Positions 40,719 through 49,835 of a stretch of DNA of 64,000 nucleotides are shown here, piece after piece; positions within the stretch are counted from its first letter, which is position 1; every line of letters starts with the position of its first letter. The stretch comes from an uncultured delta proteobacterium. GTDB taxonomy: Bacteria > Desulfobacterota > Desulfobacteria > Desulfobacterales > QNYZ01. Made by a program: the position numbers and the translations under genes. The DNA lies in NCBI GenBank assembly GCA_963845145.1, contig CAWJQU010000015.1, positions 32,001 through 96,000 of the forward strand. Reading direction: 5' to 3'. A model generated the notes under the pieces. That model was not told the DNA's origin and made no database searches. It saw nothing but the letters and a program-made list of their open reading frames with translations.

Positions 40719-41786
40719 CTAAACCGCACAAGTAGTCGCTTGTTTGCCGGTATTATTCATCATTTCGCACACCTTCCGAATATCGATATTCACGGGGCAA
40801 TAGTCCACGCAGCGCCCACACCCCACGCATTGAATCCCGGCTTCATATTTATCCACATAGTATTTCAGTTTGTGCATGAACCGCTGCCGCACCCGGTGGA
40901 TTTTTGTACCTCGGGGATTATGTCCGGAGCCATGCAGGGTAAATAAAGGGAACATGCAGCTGTCCCAGTTTCGCATGCGGCGTCCGTTCACCCCTTTGGT
41001 TTCATCCTGAATATCAAAACACCAGCAGGTCGGGCATAAAAAAGTACAGGTGCCGCAATTGATACAGGCGAAAGCCACATCCTCCCAAAAATCGGCATCG
41101 TACAGGGCCATGGTCTCGGCATCGGCGAGATTTTCCGTGATAACCGTGGAGTGGATCGCGGCCTCGGCATTTTTTCGACGTTTTGATACCGCAACCGTCG
41201 TCGATTCAGGGTCCACGGCTTCCTTCCAGCCACCGGCTTTAATAAAAGCGGCACCCTTATCCGTGACAACTTTTGCCAGATAATGATCATCACCATCCAC
41301 CAGAAGCACATCCAGATCATCTTCCTGATAGGGCCCCCCGCCCGCAGAGGTACAAAAGCAGGTAGGGCCGGGTTGATCGCAGGCCAGTCCCACCAATACT
41401 GTTTTTTCATAAGCCCTGAGCCAGTATGGGTCCTGGTAGTCTGGGGCATCAAAATTGCGCTTGACCTGCGTGTAAGCAGCCGCATCACATGGGCGCATGC
41501 CGATCACCGCTGTCATAGCGTCATCTTGCGGAGGCTCTTTCAACAAATGGCGGTCGTCACTGTTTCGATCCAGTGAATACGTGAATAAGGTTTGGGATTG
41601 GGGATAGATGGCCCCTTTGGCGGACAGCCGGGTGTTCGAAAACCCCATATCGGGAGCTTTGCCATCCGACAACGGCTTAAAAAGGTAAAAATCCTGGTCT
41701 TTGACCGGCCCGATCAAGTGGTATGTATCGGCCGCCTTTTCCAATCCTTTTGCCCATTGGGTTTTGTCAATTTTGATAAAGTCCAT
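40719..41786 (-). CDS. flxB: FlxB, 4Fe-4S dicluster protein (AsrA-like)
   Basis: RPCD, CFC, CINCGTCTFLCPTCWCF and CVGCGRCVDYCP. Confidence 0.9.
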   Translation of the reverse strand: MDFIKIDKTQWAKGLEKAADTYHLIGPVKDQDFYLFKPLSDGKAPDMGFSNTRLSAKGAIYPQSQTLFTYSLDRNSDDRHLLKEPPQDDAMTAVIGMRPCDAAAYTQVKRNFDAPDYQDPYWLRAYEKTVLVGLACDQPGPTCFCTSAGGGPYQEDDLDVLLVDGDDHYLAKVVTDKGAAFIKAGGWKEAVDPESTTVAVSKRRKNAEAAIHSTVITENLADAETMALYDADFWEDVAFACINCGTCTFLCPTCWCFDIQDETKGVNGRRMRNWDSCMFPLFTLHGSGHNPRGTKIHRVRQRFMHKLKYYVDKYEAGIQCVGCGRCVDYCPVNIDIRKVCEMMNNTGKQATTCAV

Positions 41787-41841
41787 ATTGCATGCTCTCT
41801 TTTTCAGGGGGTTCCCCCCTGTTTTCCCTTTGTGCGTTGGT

Positions 41842-42786
41842 CTATTTGATAAAATCCTCAGGATCCCCGGTCTGAAAGGTATCTAACGGTGGTCGGACAT
41901 CGAGGGTAAGCCCGGCTTCCCATCCAAATAACGCCTGGCAGTCTTTTTCTAGTTTTCTTGTAAACACCCGCATATTGATTCCGACCGGACAGGCCCGCTC
42001 ACAAGCGCCACAGTCGGTACAACGCCCGGCGCAATGATAAGCGCGTAAAAAGTGAAAGGTGCGGACATCAACGGGATCCTGGCTCTTACCCACCCACTGG
42101 GGCTGGGCTTCATCCACAAAACAGGTGGGGCAATAACAAAGCGGGCAGGCATTACGGCAAGCGTAACAGCGAACGCATTCTTGCAGCAGGTCATCAAAAT
42201 AGGCCCATTTATCCTCGGAGGATATCGCTTCGATCTTCTTTACATCCGCCCATGGGTCCTCAAGATCGGGCACTTCTACCGGGTCTGCCACCAGTTCATC
42301 ATAAATCACCGGATTGGGATGGACGCAGGTGGTGCAGTTGTTCTGTAAAAGGTCGGCCCGGGGCCACTCTTTGTCCCCTTCAGCACTGGTAACCTTAATG
42401 GTATCGCCTTGGTCGACAACTTCAGTCACCCCTTGACAGAGCGTATTTACACGGCGACGATCAATCATCCCACGGCAGGGAACCCCGATAATATAGAGTT
42501 GGTCCCGGTCGATTTTATTTTCGATGATGTGGGTGACAATGTTTCGAGAATCACAGCCCTTGGCCACAATACCGACCTTCTCTTTTTGGCCGGTCAGATA
42601 GTTGGCCAGGTTGATACCGCAATTGCCGTCCCACACAAAGTCATCCACCCCGTCCTCTGTGCGAGCCACGCAAGGTTCATTCATCATCGGCACGGTTCCC
42701 CGACGAAACCCGATCACCAGGTCGACCTTGCAATCCGTTAAAATTTGTTTCGAAATTTGCTTGATTTTATCGATATAACCGATCAT
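41842..42786 (-). CDS. flxC: FlxC, 4Fe-4S dicluster protein
   Basis: KGCD, CVRCYACRNACPLCYC and GRCTDCGACERACP. Confidence 0.88.
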   Translation of the reverse strand: MIGYIDKIKQISKQILTDCKVDLVIGFRRGTVPMMNEPCVARTEDGVDDFVWDGNCGINLANYLTGQKEKVGIVAKGCDSRNIVTHIIENKIDRDQLYIIGVPCRGMIDRRRVNTLCQGVTEVVDQGDTIKVTSAEGDKEWPRADLLQNNCTTCVHPNPVIYDELVADPVEVPDLEDPWADVKKIEAISSEDKWAYFDDLLQECVRCYACRNACPLCYCPTCFVDEAQPQWVGKSQDPVDVRTFHFLRAYHCAGRCTDCGACERACPVGINMRVFTRKLEKDCQALFGWEAGLTLDVRPPLDTFQTGDPEDFIK

Positions 42787-42787
42787 A

Positions 42788-43240
42788 TCAGGCCGCCTTC
42801 TCATTTTCTGCTTGTTTAGGGCGGTTTCCTTTGATGAAGGTCCGGTTGGGACCCAACGCAGCCACCGCTTCGGTTACTTCGTTGACGACCCGAACGAATT
42901 TGGTCGATTCAGCCGAAGACACCCATGAAAAATGCATTCGACCCGGCTCAACCCCCATATGGGCCATCAATTCTTGGAAAAGAGCGAATTTCCGACGTGC
43001 AAAGTAATTACCTTCCAGGTAATGGCATTCGCCGGGATGTCAGCCGGATACCCAAACCCCGTCGGCCCCTTCCCTCAAGGCGGCCAAAGCAAATTTGGGG
43101 TCCATTCTTCCCGTACAGGGAATTCGGATCACGCGGATATGGGGCGGATATTCCATTCGGCTGACACCGGCCAAATCCGCTGCACCATAGCTGCACCAGT
43201 TGCATAGAAAGGCAACAATTTTCGGTTTCCATTCAGGCAT
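42788..43240 (-). CDS. mvhD: MvhD/FlxD 2Fe-2S subunit, selenoprotein (UGA at 43040-43042)
   Basis: [17 protein letters not shown], then VSG-TGA-HPGECHY continuing in frame to 42788. The UGA occupies the conserved Cys of GCHxGxCHY. Confidence 0.92.
43007..43023 (-). promoter_or_regulatory. Candidate bacterial SECIS hairpin of mvhD
   Basis: ATTACCT-GGA-AGGTAAT perfect stem starting at nt 17 after the UGA. Confidence 0.7.
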
Positions 43241-43313
43241 GTCGTATTGCTCTCCTTTGTATCTTTAAAACTTCGGCGTTTAGCCGCCTGCCCTATTTGT
43301 CAAGTTATTACGA

Positions 43314-46300
43314 CTATCCGGTCGCCTGGTTCAGCGAAAAAAGCTGGGCGAAGATCTGGTCGTTGTCAAAACCCTTCAAATGAATAGCTCCGGAACGGCA
43401 AGATGCCACACATAACCCGCACCCTTTGCACAAAACCGGATTGATTTCAGCGGTTCCCGGAAAAAACCGGGCATCTTTCGGCGTTAACGCTGGCGCGCCG
43501 TAAGGACACACCGACACGCACACGTTGCAGGCGCTGCAGATTGCTTGATTGGTCTTGGCCACCTGCCCACTGGTGTATATTTTATCCCTGGCTAACAAAG
43601 TCACCGCCCGGGAAGCCACAGCCTGGGCCTGGGCCACGGCCTCATCAATGGGTTTGGGATAGTGCGCCAACCCACACAAATAGACGCCATCGGTAGCAAA
43701 TTCCGAAGGGCCGAGCTTGGCATGTCGTTCGATGTAAAAACCGTCATCGTTTACCGGGACTTTAAAAAGTTGAGCCAGGTTTTCGTCCTGATTTGGGATC
43801 ACCGCCGTAGCCAAACAAAGCATTCCAGCGGAAATTTGAACCGGCCGGTCGAGAATGGGGTCAATCAATTCTATCTTCAGTTGACCCTCTTCGATTTGAA
43901 CTTGTGGTTTGGTATCAAGAGCATATCGAATGAAAATAATGCCCTTATCCCGGGCAGTCTTATATAGAGATTCCCGTTCACCGTAGGTTCGAATATCCCG
44001 GTAAAGGATATAAATATCCATATCCGGATTGATCTCTTTTAAGGTCAGGGCCGTGTCGATTGAATGGGTGCAGCAAACTTTGGAACAATAGGGACGATCA
44101 GGTTCACGGGAGCCGACACACTGAATAAACACCGCAGTATCCAGGTTCTTTAGACCAGAATCGCCTTCCATAATTTTTTGATCCAGCATCAGACCAGTAA
44201 TGATGCGCGAATCCTCACCGTAATGATATTCTGAAGGGGTATATGGTTTGCCGCCCGTGGCGATCACGGCGACACCATGGTCGATGACCTCTTGATCGCC
44301 GTTACTGGAAAGGGTCGATTTGAAATTTCCCACGAACCCATCCAGATCACTCAATTCGGTTTCTAAATGGATGGTGATATTTTGATCGCTATTGGTCACT
44401 TCATCAATCAGTTGCTTGAGTTTGGGCTTAACGGGCTTGCCGTCGGCGGTCTGGTGTAAATTTTCAGCTTGGCCACCCAGCCGATTACTTTTTTCAACGA
44501 TATGAGTCTGGTACCCCTGTCTCCCCAAGCTCCTGGCCACCGTTAGCCCGGCGACTCCGCCACCGATAATCAACACATTCTGGTTCACTTCAAACTCAGT
44601 TTCTTTGAGCGGCTCCATCAACGCCACTTTGGCCACAGCCATGCGAACCAGATCCTTGGCCTTTTCGGTGGCCAGTTCGGGATTGTTCTTATGGACCCAG
44701 GAATCCTGGTTACGAATATTGCACATTTCAAAGAGGTACTTATTCAAACCGGCATTGATCAGGGTTTCCTGAAACAACGGCTCGTGGGTCTTGGGGGTGC
44801 AGGCGGCAACCACGACCCGGTTCAAATTCTCTCTTTTAATAATGGCTGTCATTGCTTCCTGGGTATCCTGGGAGCATGAATAGAGGTTGTCGGTGGCATA
44901 TGTAACGTATGGCAAAGATTTGACATACTCGGCCACAGCAGGCACATCCACCACCCCCGCAATGTTGATGCCGCAGCGACAGACAAACACTCCGATACGG
45001 GGACGATCGTTAATAACATTGGTTTCCGCAACCACCTCTTTTTCTTTGGTTGCACTGTGCCGGGCGGAACCCAAAATCTCACCGGCGGCAGCCGCGGCAG
45101 CACTGGAATCCACGACTGCTTGAGGTATATCTTTTGGCCCCTGAAACGCGCCACAAACAAAAATGCCCGGCTGGGAAGTCGCCACGGGATTAAAGGGCGA
45201 GGTTTGGCAAAAATTGCCCGCGGTTAGCTCAATATCCAGTTTTTTAGCCAACGCCACTACTTCAGGGGGTGTTTGCATTCCGACGGACAACACAACCATA
45301 TCAAACGTTTCGGTGACTTTCTGGCCATCATCGAGGACATATTTTAGGGACAGATCGTCTGACCCGGGTATATAGTCAATGGTATGCACACGGCTGCGAA
45401 CAAAGCGAACGCCCTCTTTTTCACGGGCATTATCATAAAACCGTTCAAAATCCTTGCCGTGGGTACGCATGTCCATGAAGAAGATAGCACAATCCAGATC
45501 ATCACCGGCATGCTCTTTAGCGACAACCGCTTCTTTGATTGCGTACATACAGCACACCGATGAACAATGCGAATTGTCGCAACGATTCAAATCCCTTGAT
45601 CCCACACACTGAAACCAAGCGATTTTTTTTGGTTCTTTTTGATCCGAGGGGCGAATCAGATGCCCACCAAAAGGTCCCGAAGCTGAAAGGATCCGTTCCA
45701 TCTCCAGGGAGGTGATCACATTGGGATGGTTAATATAATTATAGGAATCAAAAGATGATGGATCGAATGGTTCGAATCCGGGGGCCAGAATGATGGATCC
45801 AACATCAAGTTCAATAATCTCGTCCTCCATGGTGTGATCAATCGCGTCCACGCCACAGAACTCGGTACAGATTTTACATCCACCGGTTTTAAAATGAACA
45901 CATGTATCTCGGTCAATGACCGGGGTGTTGGGAACGGCCTGGGCGTACGGCACGTAAACGGGTTTACGACCTGCGAGGCCGACATCATACTCAGAAGGAA
46001 TCGGTGGCCCAGGGTTTTTGGTGATCTGTTCTTCAACCTTTTCCCAGGTAATGTGGCCCGTTGGGCAAACAAAAGCACATGCCCCGCAGCCGATGCAAGC
46101 GTCAGTATTGATGGAAAAAGGTGTATCCACCTTCATATCCAACCCGCGTTGAGTCAAAGTAATGGCATTGGCTCCCATCCGCTCACAAACACGTGTACAG
46201 AGTCCACACAAAATGCAGGTGTCATCCTCGGCCTGGAACCTGGGCTCCGTAACCCCGTATTCTTTGGCCAAGTCCTGTACAAAAGGCACTTCCGAGCAGC

Positions 46301-46583
46301 GGGCCAACAGCATCTCAACAATGATTTTACGCCCTTCATAGACGGTTTCACTGTCCGTCTTTACTTCCATGCCTTCCCAAATGGGGTAGTTACAAGCAGT
46401 TACAAAACGGGTACGCCGTCCATCAAATAGCTCGACAGTACAAATACGGCACATACCGGCAGGTTCCAGTGCCTTGTGATGGCACAGCGTGGGAATTTTC
46501 ACGCCAAATTTATCGGCAACTTCCAGGATATATTGACCTTCATCCCCTTGAACCGTTTTTCCGTTAAGCTTAAATGTAACCAT
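43314..46583 (-). CDS. hdrA: NuoG/HydA-N-like 2Fe-2S and 4Fe-4S domain fused to the remainder of a tandem HdrA
   Basis: IPTLCHH...GMCRIC...TACN and CILCGLCTRVC. Then HdrA motifs YVPYAQAVP, QCVGSRD...CSSVCC, VFVCRCG, AACTP, IIGGGVAG, QCVGSRE...CSKVCC and a C-terminal ferredoxin. Confidence 0.92.
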   Translation of the reverse strand: MVTFKLNGKTVQGDEGQYILEVADKFGVKIPTLCHHKALEPAGMCRICTVELFDGRRTRFVTACNYPIWEGMEVKTDSETVYEGRKIIVEMLLARCSEVPFVQDLAKEYGVTEPRFQAEDDTCILCGLCTRVCERMGANAITLTQRGLDMKVDTPFSINTDACIGCGACAFVCPTGHITWEKVEEQITKNPGPPIPSEYDVGLAGRKPVYVPYAQAVPNTPVIDRDTCVHFKTGGCKICTEFCGVDAIDHTMEDEIIELDVGSIILAPGFEPFDPSSFDSYNYINHPNVITSLEMERILSASGPFGGHLIRPSDQKEPKKIAWFQCVGSRDLNRCDNSHCSSVCCMYAIKEAVVAKEHAGDDLDCAIFFMDMRTHGKDFERFYDNAREKEGVRFVRSRVHTIDYIPGSDDLSLKYVLDDGQKVTETFDMVVLSVGMQTPPEVVALAKKLDIELTAGNFCQTSPFNPVATSQPGIFVCGAFQGPKDIPQAVVDSSAAAAAAGEILGSARHSATKEKEVVAETNVINDRPRIGVFVCRCGINIAGVVDVPAVAEYVKSLPYVTYATDNLYSCSQDTQEAMTAIIKRENLNRVVVAACTPKTHEPLFQETLINAGLNKYLFEMCNIRNQDSWVHKNNPELATEKAKDLVRMAVAKVALMEPLKETEFEVNQNVLIIGGGVAGLTVARSLGRQGYQTHIVEKSNRLGGQAENLHQTADGKPVKPKLKQLIDEVTNSDQNITIHLETELSDLDGFVGNFKSTLSSNGDQEVIDHGVAVIATGGKPYTPSEYHYGEDSRIITGLMLDQKIMEGDSGLKNLDTAVFIQCVGSREPDRPYCSKVCCTHSIDTALTLKEINPDMDIYILYRDIRTYGERESLYKTARDKGIIFIRYALDTKPQVQIEEGQLKIELIDPILDRPVQISAGMLCLATAVIPNQDENLAQLFKVPVNDDGFYIERHAKLGPSEFATDGVYLCGLAHYPKPIDEAVAQAQAVASRAVTLLARDKIYTSGQVAKTNQAICSACNVCVSVCPYGAPALTPKDARFFPGTAEINPVLCKGCGLCVASCRSGAIHLKGFDNDQIFAQLFSLNQATG

Positions 46584-46600
46584 GGAAATTTATTCCTTTG

Positions 46601-48460
46601 TTATTTAACAACCACCGCGCCGAACTTACACGCCTCGTAACATATCCCACATTTGATGCAGTTGTCCTGAACGATATTATGCGCTTCTTTTTTTTCTCCC
46701 AGAGACCGCTTCCTGGGGGCATTTACGAAAACAGACATGACATCCGGTGCATGCCTCTGGATCAATTTCATAGTGAAAAAGCGGTTTACAGACCCCCGCT
46801 GGGCATTTTTTATCTCGAATGTGGGCCTCGTACTCATCCCGAAAATACAGCATGTTGGTCAACACCGGATTAGGGGCCGAAGTGCCCTAGACCGCAAAGA
46901 GAGAATTTCTGCAACATCATGCCGAGCTCTTCAAGTAGCTCAATATCCCCCTCCTTGCCATTTCCCCCACAGATATCGGTCAAGAATTTTTAGCATTTGC
47001 TTTAGGCCTTCTCGACAGGGGTTGCACTGGCCGCAAGATTCATCTTTGAGAAAATCGACAAAATAACGGGCGACGTCCACCATGCAGGTATCCTGATCCA
47101 TGACAATCATTCCGCCCGACCCCATGATGGAGCCCACTTTGGAAAGCTCGTCGAAATCCACCGGCAGGTCCAGGAACCGTCTCGGGGATACAGCCACCGG
47201 ATGGCCCACCGGTCTGAACCGCCTTAAATTTCTTTTTCTTGGGAATCCCACCCCCAATATCGAAAATGATCGTGCGTAGGGTCGTCCCCATGGGAACTTC
47301 GACTAGACCGGTATTCACCACTTTACCGACCAGAGAAAAGATTTTGGTTCCTTTACTTTTTTCCGTGCCGATACCGGCATACCAATCGGCTCCTTTGTTG
47401 AGAATCACCGGTACATTGGACCAGGTCTCAACATTATTTAGATTGGAAGGCCCCTCTCGAAACCCTTTTTCAACGGTATGCACGTACTTGGCCCGCGGAC
47501 GGCCAGGATTACCTTCCAGCGATGCCATCAGAGCGGTGGATTCGCCGCATACAAAGGCACCGCCACCACGGCTGATGTGAATGTCAAAATCAAATCCCGA
47601 CCCGAGAATATCCTTGCCCAGAAGTCCCATTTCCCTAGCCTTTTCAAGCGCAAGAGTCAAATTTGTGACTGCAAGGGGATATTCATGCCGAACGTAGACA
47701 TAACCTTCTTTGGAGCCGATGGCGATAGCCCCGATAAGCATGCCTTCCACCACCGAATGAGGGTTTCCCTCCAGCAGACTGCGATCCATGTAGGCGCCGG
47801 GATCGCCTTCATCGGCATTGCAGATCACATACCGGTCGCCATCATGCCGGCGACAGGTATCCCATTTTATCCCGGTGGGGAACCCACCACCGCCACGCCC
47901 CCGTAACCCGGATTTTTTAATTTCGTCGATTACCTGACGCGGGGCTTCATGTCATAGAGGGCTTTGGCTGCAGCCTCGTAGCCCCCCACGGCAATGTAAT
48001 CCTCAATACTGGTGGGGTCAATTAACCCATTGTTGCCAAATATGATTCGCTGCTGCAGCTTATAGAAGGGAATATCATGTTCATGGGTAATCTTTTTTTT
48101 GGTAGCCGGATCTTTGTAAATACGCGACTTTACCAATTCACCGTTTTTAATGGTCGTTGCGACAATTTCAGGGACGTGTTCTTCCTTAACCTGCGGATAA
48201 AAGATCCCCTCGGGATGAATCACCATAACCGGCCCTTTCTCACAAAATCCATGGCAACCGGTCAGCTTGATCTCCACCTTGTCGTTTAGCTCATGCGCGT
48301 TCAATTCTTTCTGGAGGGCTTTATGTACCTTGGCGGTCCCATAAGCTCCGCAGCCTGAACCGGCACATAGCGAAATCAGTTTTTTATTATCCGCCTTCCG
48401 CTCAGCCTGTAGAAAAACCCGCAAGGCATCCAAGGCTGCTCGATCCTCGAGTCGTGACAT
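46601..48460 (-). CDS. NuoF/HydB-like NADH/FMN-binding subunit, about 5 frameshifts
   Basis: Thioredoxin-like 2Fe-2S domain ([11 protein letters not shown]), [56 protein letters not shown] and two ferredoxin motifs, spread over different frames. Confidence 0.88.
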
Positions 48461-48528
48461 GTTTCCTTTTTCCTTCCATTAGCGCCGGCTGATGGCACCT
48501 AAATCAAAACTTGCTATTTTCAAACCGT

Positions 48529-49011
48529 CTAAGTCTGTGCCTTATACGTTTCGATGACCTCGCATACGCTGGAACGATCCAGGCCACCATAGGTATCCTT
48601 GTTAACGGTAATGACCGGCCCGGAGGCGCAGCACCCGATACACCGCACGCCTTCAAGCGTAAACAACATATCCTCCGTGGTTTGGCCTTCTTTAATTTTA
48701 AACTCATCCGACAGGGCGTCCATGATTTTTTCGGCACCCCTCACATGACAGGCCGTTCCGGTGCAAACATTTACGATATATTTTCCACGGGGCTCTAAAC
48801 TGATGGTCTTATAAAAAGTCGCCACACTGAAGATCAGGCTTTCCCTGACACCAAGCTTTTCCGCTAGAACAGGAATCGTCTCCGGGGGCACATAATTATA
48901 TATATCGCTGATATCCTGCATAATCATCAGCAGGCACTCTTTATCTGCATTATATTTTGCGATGATTTCGTCGATTTTAGGCCAATCGATCTCATGCTCA
49001 TTTGCCATCAT
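48529..49011 (-). CDS. NuoE/HydC-like 2Fe-2S subunit
   Basis: VATFY, VCTGTACHVRG and RCIGCCASGP. Confidence 0.93.
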   Translation of the reverse strand: MMANEHEIDWPKIDEIIAKYNADKECLLMIMQDISDIYNYVPPETIPVLAEKLGVRESLIFSVATFYKTISLEPRGKYIVNVCTGTACHVRGAEKIMDALSDEFKIKEGQTTEDMLFTLEGVRCIGCCASGPVITVNKDTYGGLDRSSVCEVIETYKAQT

Positions 49012-49087
49012 GTTGCGTTCCTCTATCCTTCGATTTTACCCAGGTTTTTAGGTAAAGAGCCTGTTCCCTTTTTGATGCTCATAAAGC

Positions 49088-49471
49088 TTACCCCTGGGCC
49101 CGGTGCAATACCGGGCAGTTTTCCACACAGGCACCGCATCCGGTGCAGCGGTCCTCAATAATACTGCGGGCCCGTTTGCGGATTTTTACCTTGAAATTTC
49201 CAGGTTTACCCTCGACGGATTCCAGATCCGCATAGGTGATCAACTCAATATTTAGGTGCCGGCCGACCTCGACCAGTTTCGGAGAGATAATTCACATGGC
49301 ACAATCGTTGGTAGGAAAGGTTTTATCCAATTGGGCCATGACACCGCCAATAGACGGGGATTTTTCGAGAAGATAGACATAATAGCCGGAATCAGCCAAA
49401 TCGAGGGCCGATTGCATTCCTGTTATCCCTCCACCGACGACAAGAACCGATCCGATTACATTTTCTGGCAT
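49088..49471 (-). CDS. hdrA: Stand-alone HdrA N-terminal fragment (127 aa), selenoprotein (UGA at 49292-49294); absent from the ORF track
   Basis: [34 protein letters not shown]...[25 protein letters not shown]...[23 protein letters not shown]. Confidence 0.92.
49259..49276 (-). promoter_or_regulatory. Candidate SECIS hairpin of the hdrA N-fragment
   Basis: CUGGUCG-AGGU-CGGCCGG stem-loop starting at nt 16 after the UGA. Confidence 0.65.
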
Positions 49472-49626
49472 GGGACGATCTCCTGATTATCGATTAATCT
49501 ATACTGGATGGGTCGTAAAGATCCAAAATCAGCATGGGGCTTTATTTTTTTCCGTGATGCATGTGAATCCTGTCTATCTTTTTCAGTTTAATCCGAATTA
49601 ATAGTCGCCACTTTGAAAAAGAGCCG

Positions 49627-49668
49627 ATTTTATATGAAGGGGATATCCATGTCAATAAAATTTGACAT
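49627..49668 (-). promoter_or_regulatory. Sigma70 promoter of the hdr/nuo/flx operon with an overlapping inverted repeat
   Basis: TTGACA, 17 nt, TAAAAT on the minus strand. ATGTCAA-N6-TTGACAT palindrome (49649-49668) covers the -35 box. Confidence 0.75.
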
Positions 49669-49786
49669 AGAAATTTTTCAGACAATCAAAGGGGGCTAAA
49701 TCTTAGAATATGGCTGTTGATGGACTAACAGACTAAACGGAAACGAGGACCTAATAGATGGTTAACTTGCTAAAAAGACAGACATC

Positions 49787-49821
49787 CCCTTTAGCCAGAG
49801 ATATAGACGCTGGCTAAAGGG
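49787..49821 (-). terminator. Strong hairpin after the dual-REC gene
   Basis: CCCTTTAGCCAG-11 nt-CTGGCTAAAGGG, 12-bp perfect stem. Confidence 0.7.
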
Positions 49822-49835
49822 ACGGGTGGTGTCTC

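Noticed and set aside
46601..49011. nuoE/nuoF as respiratory complex I or an [FeFe]-hydrogenase
   Set aside because: There are no membrane nuo genes and no H-cluster motifs. The NuoG-like domain is fused to HdrA.
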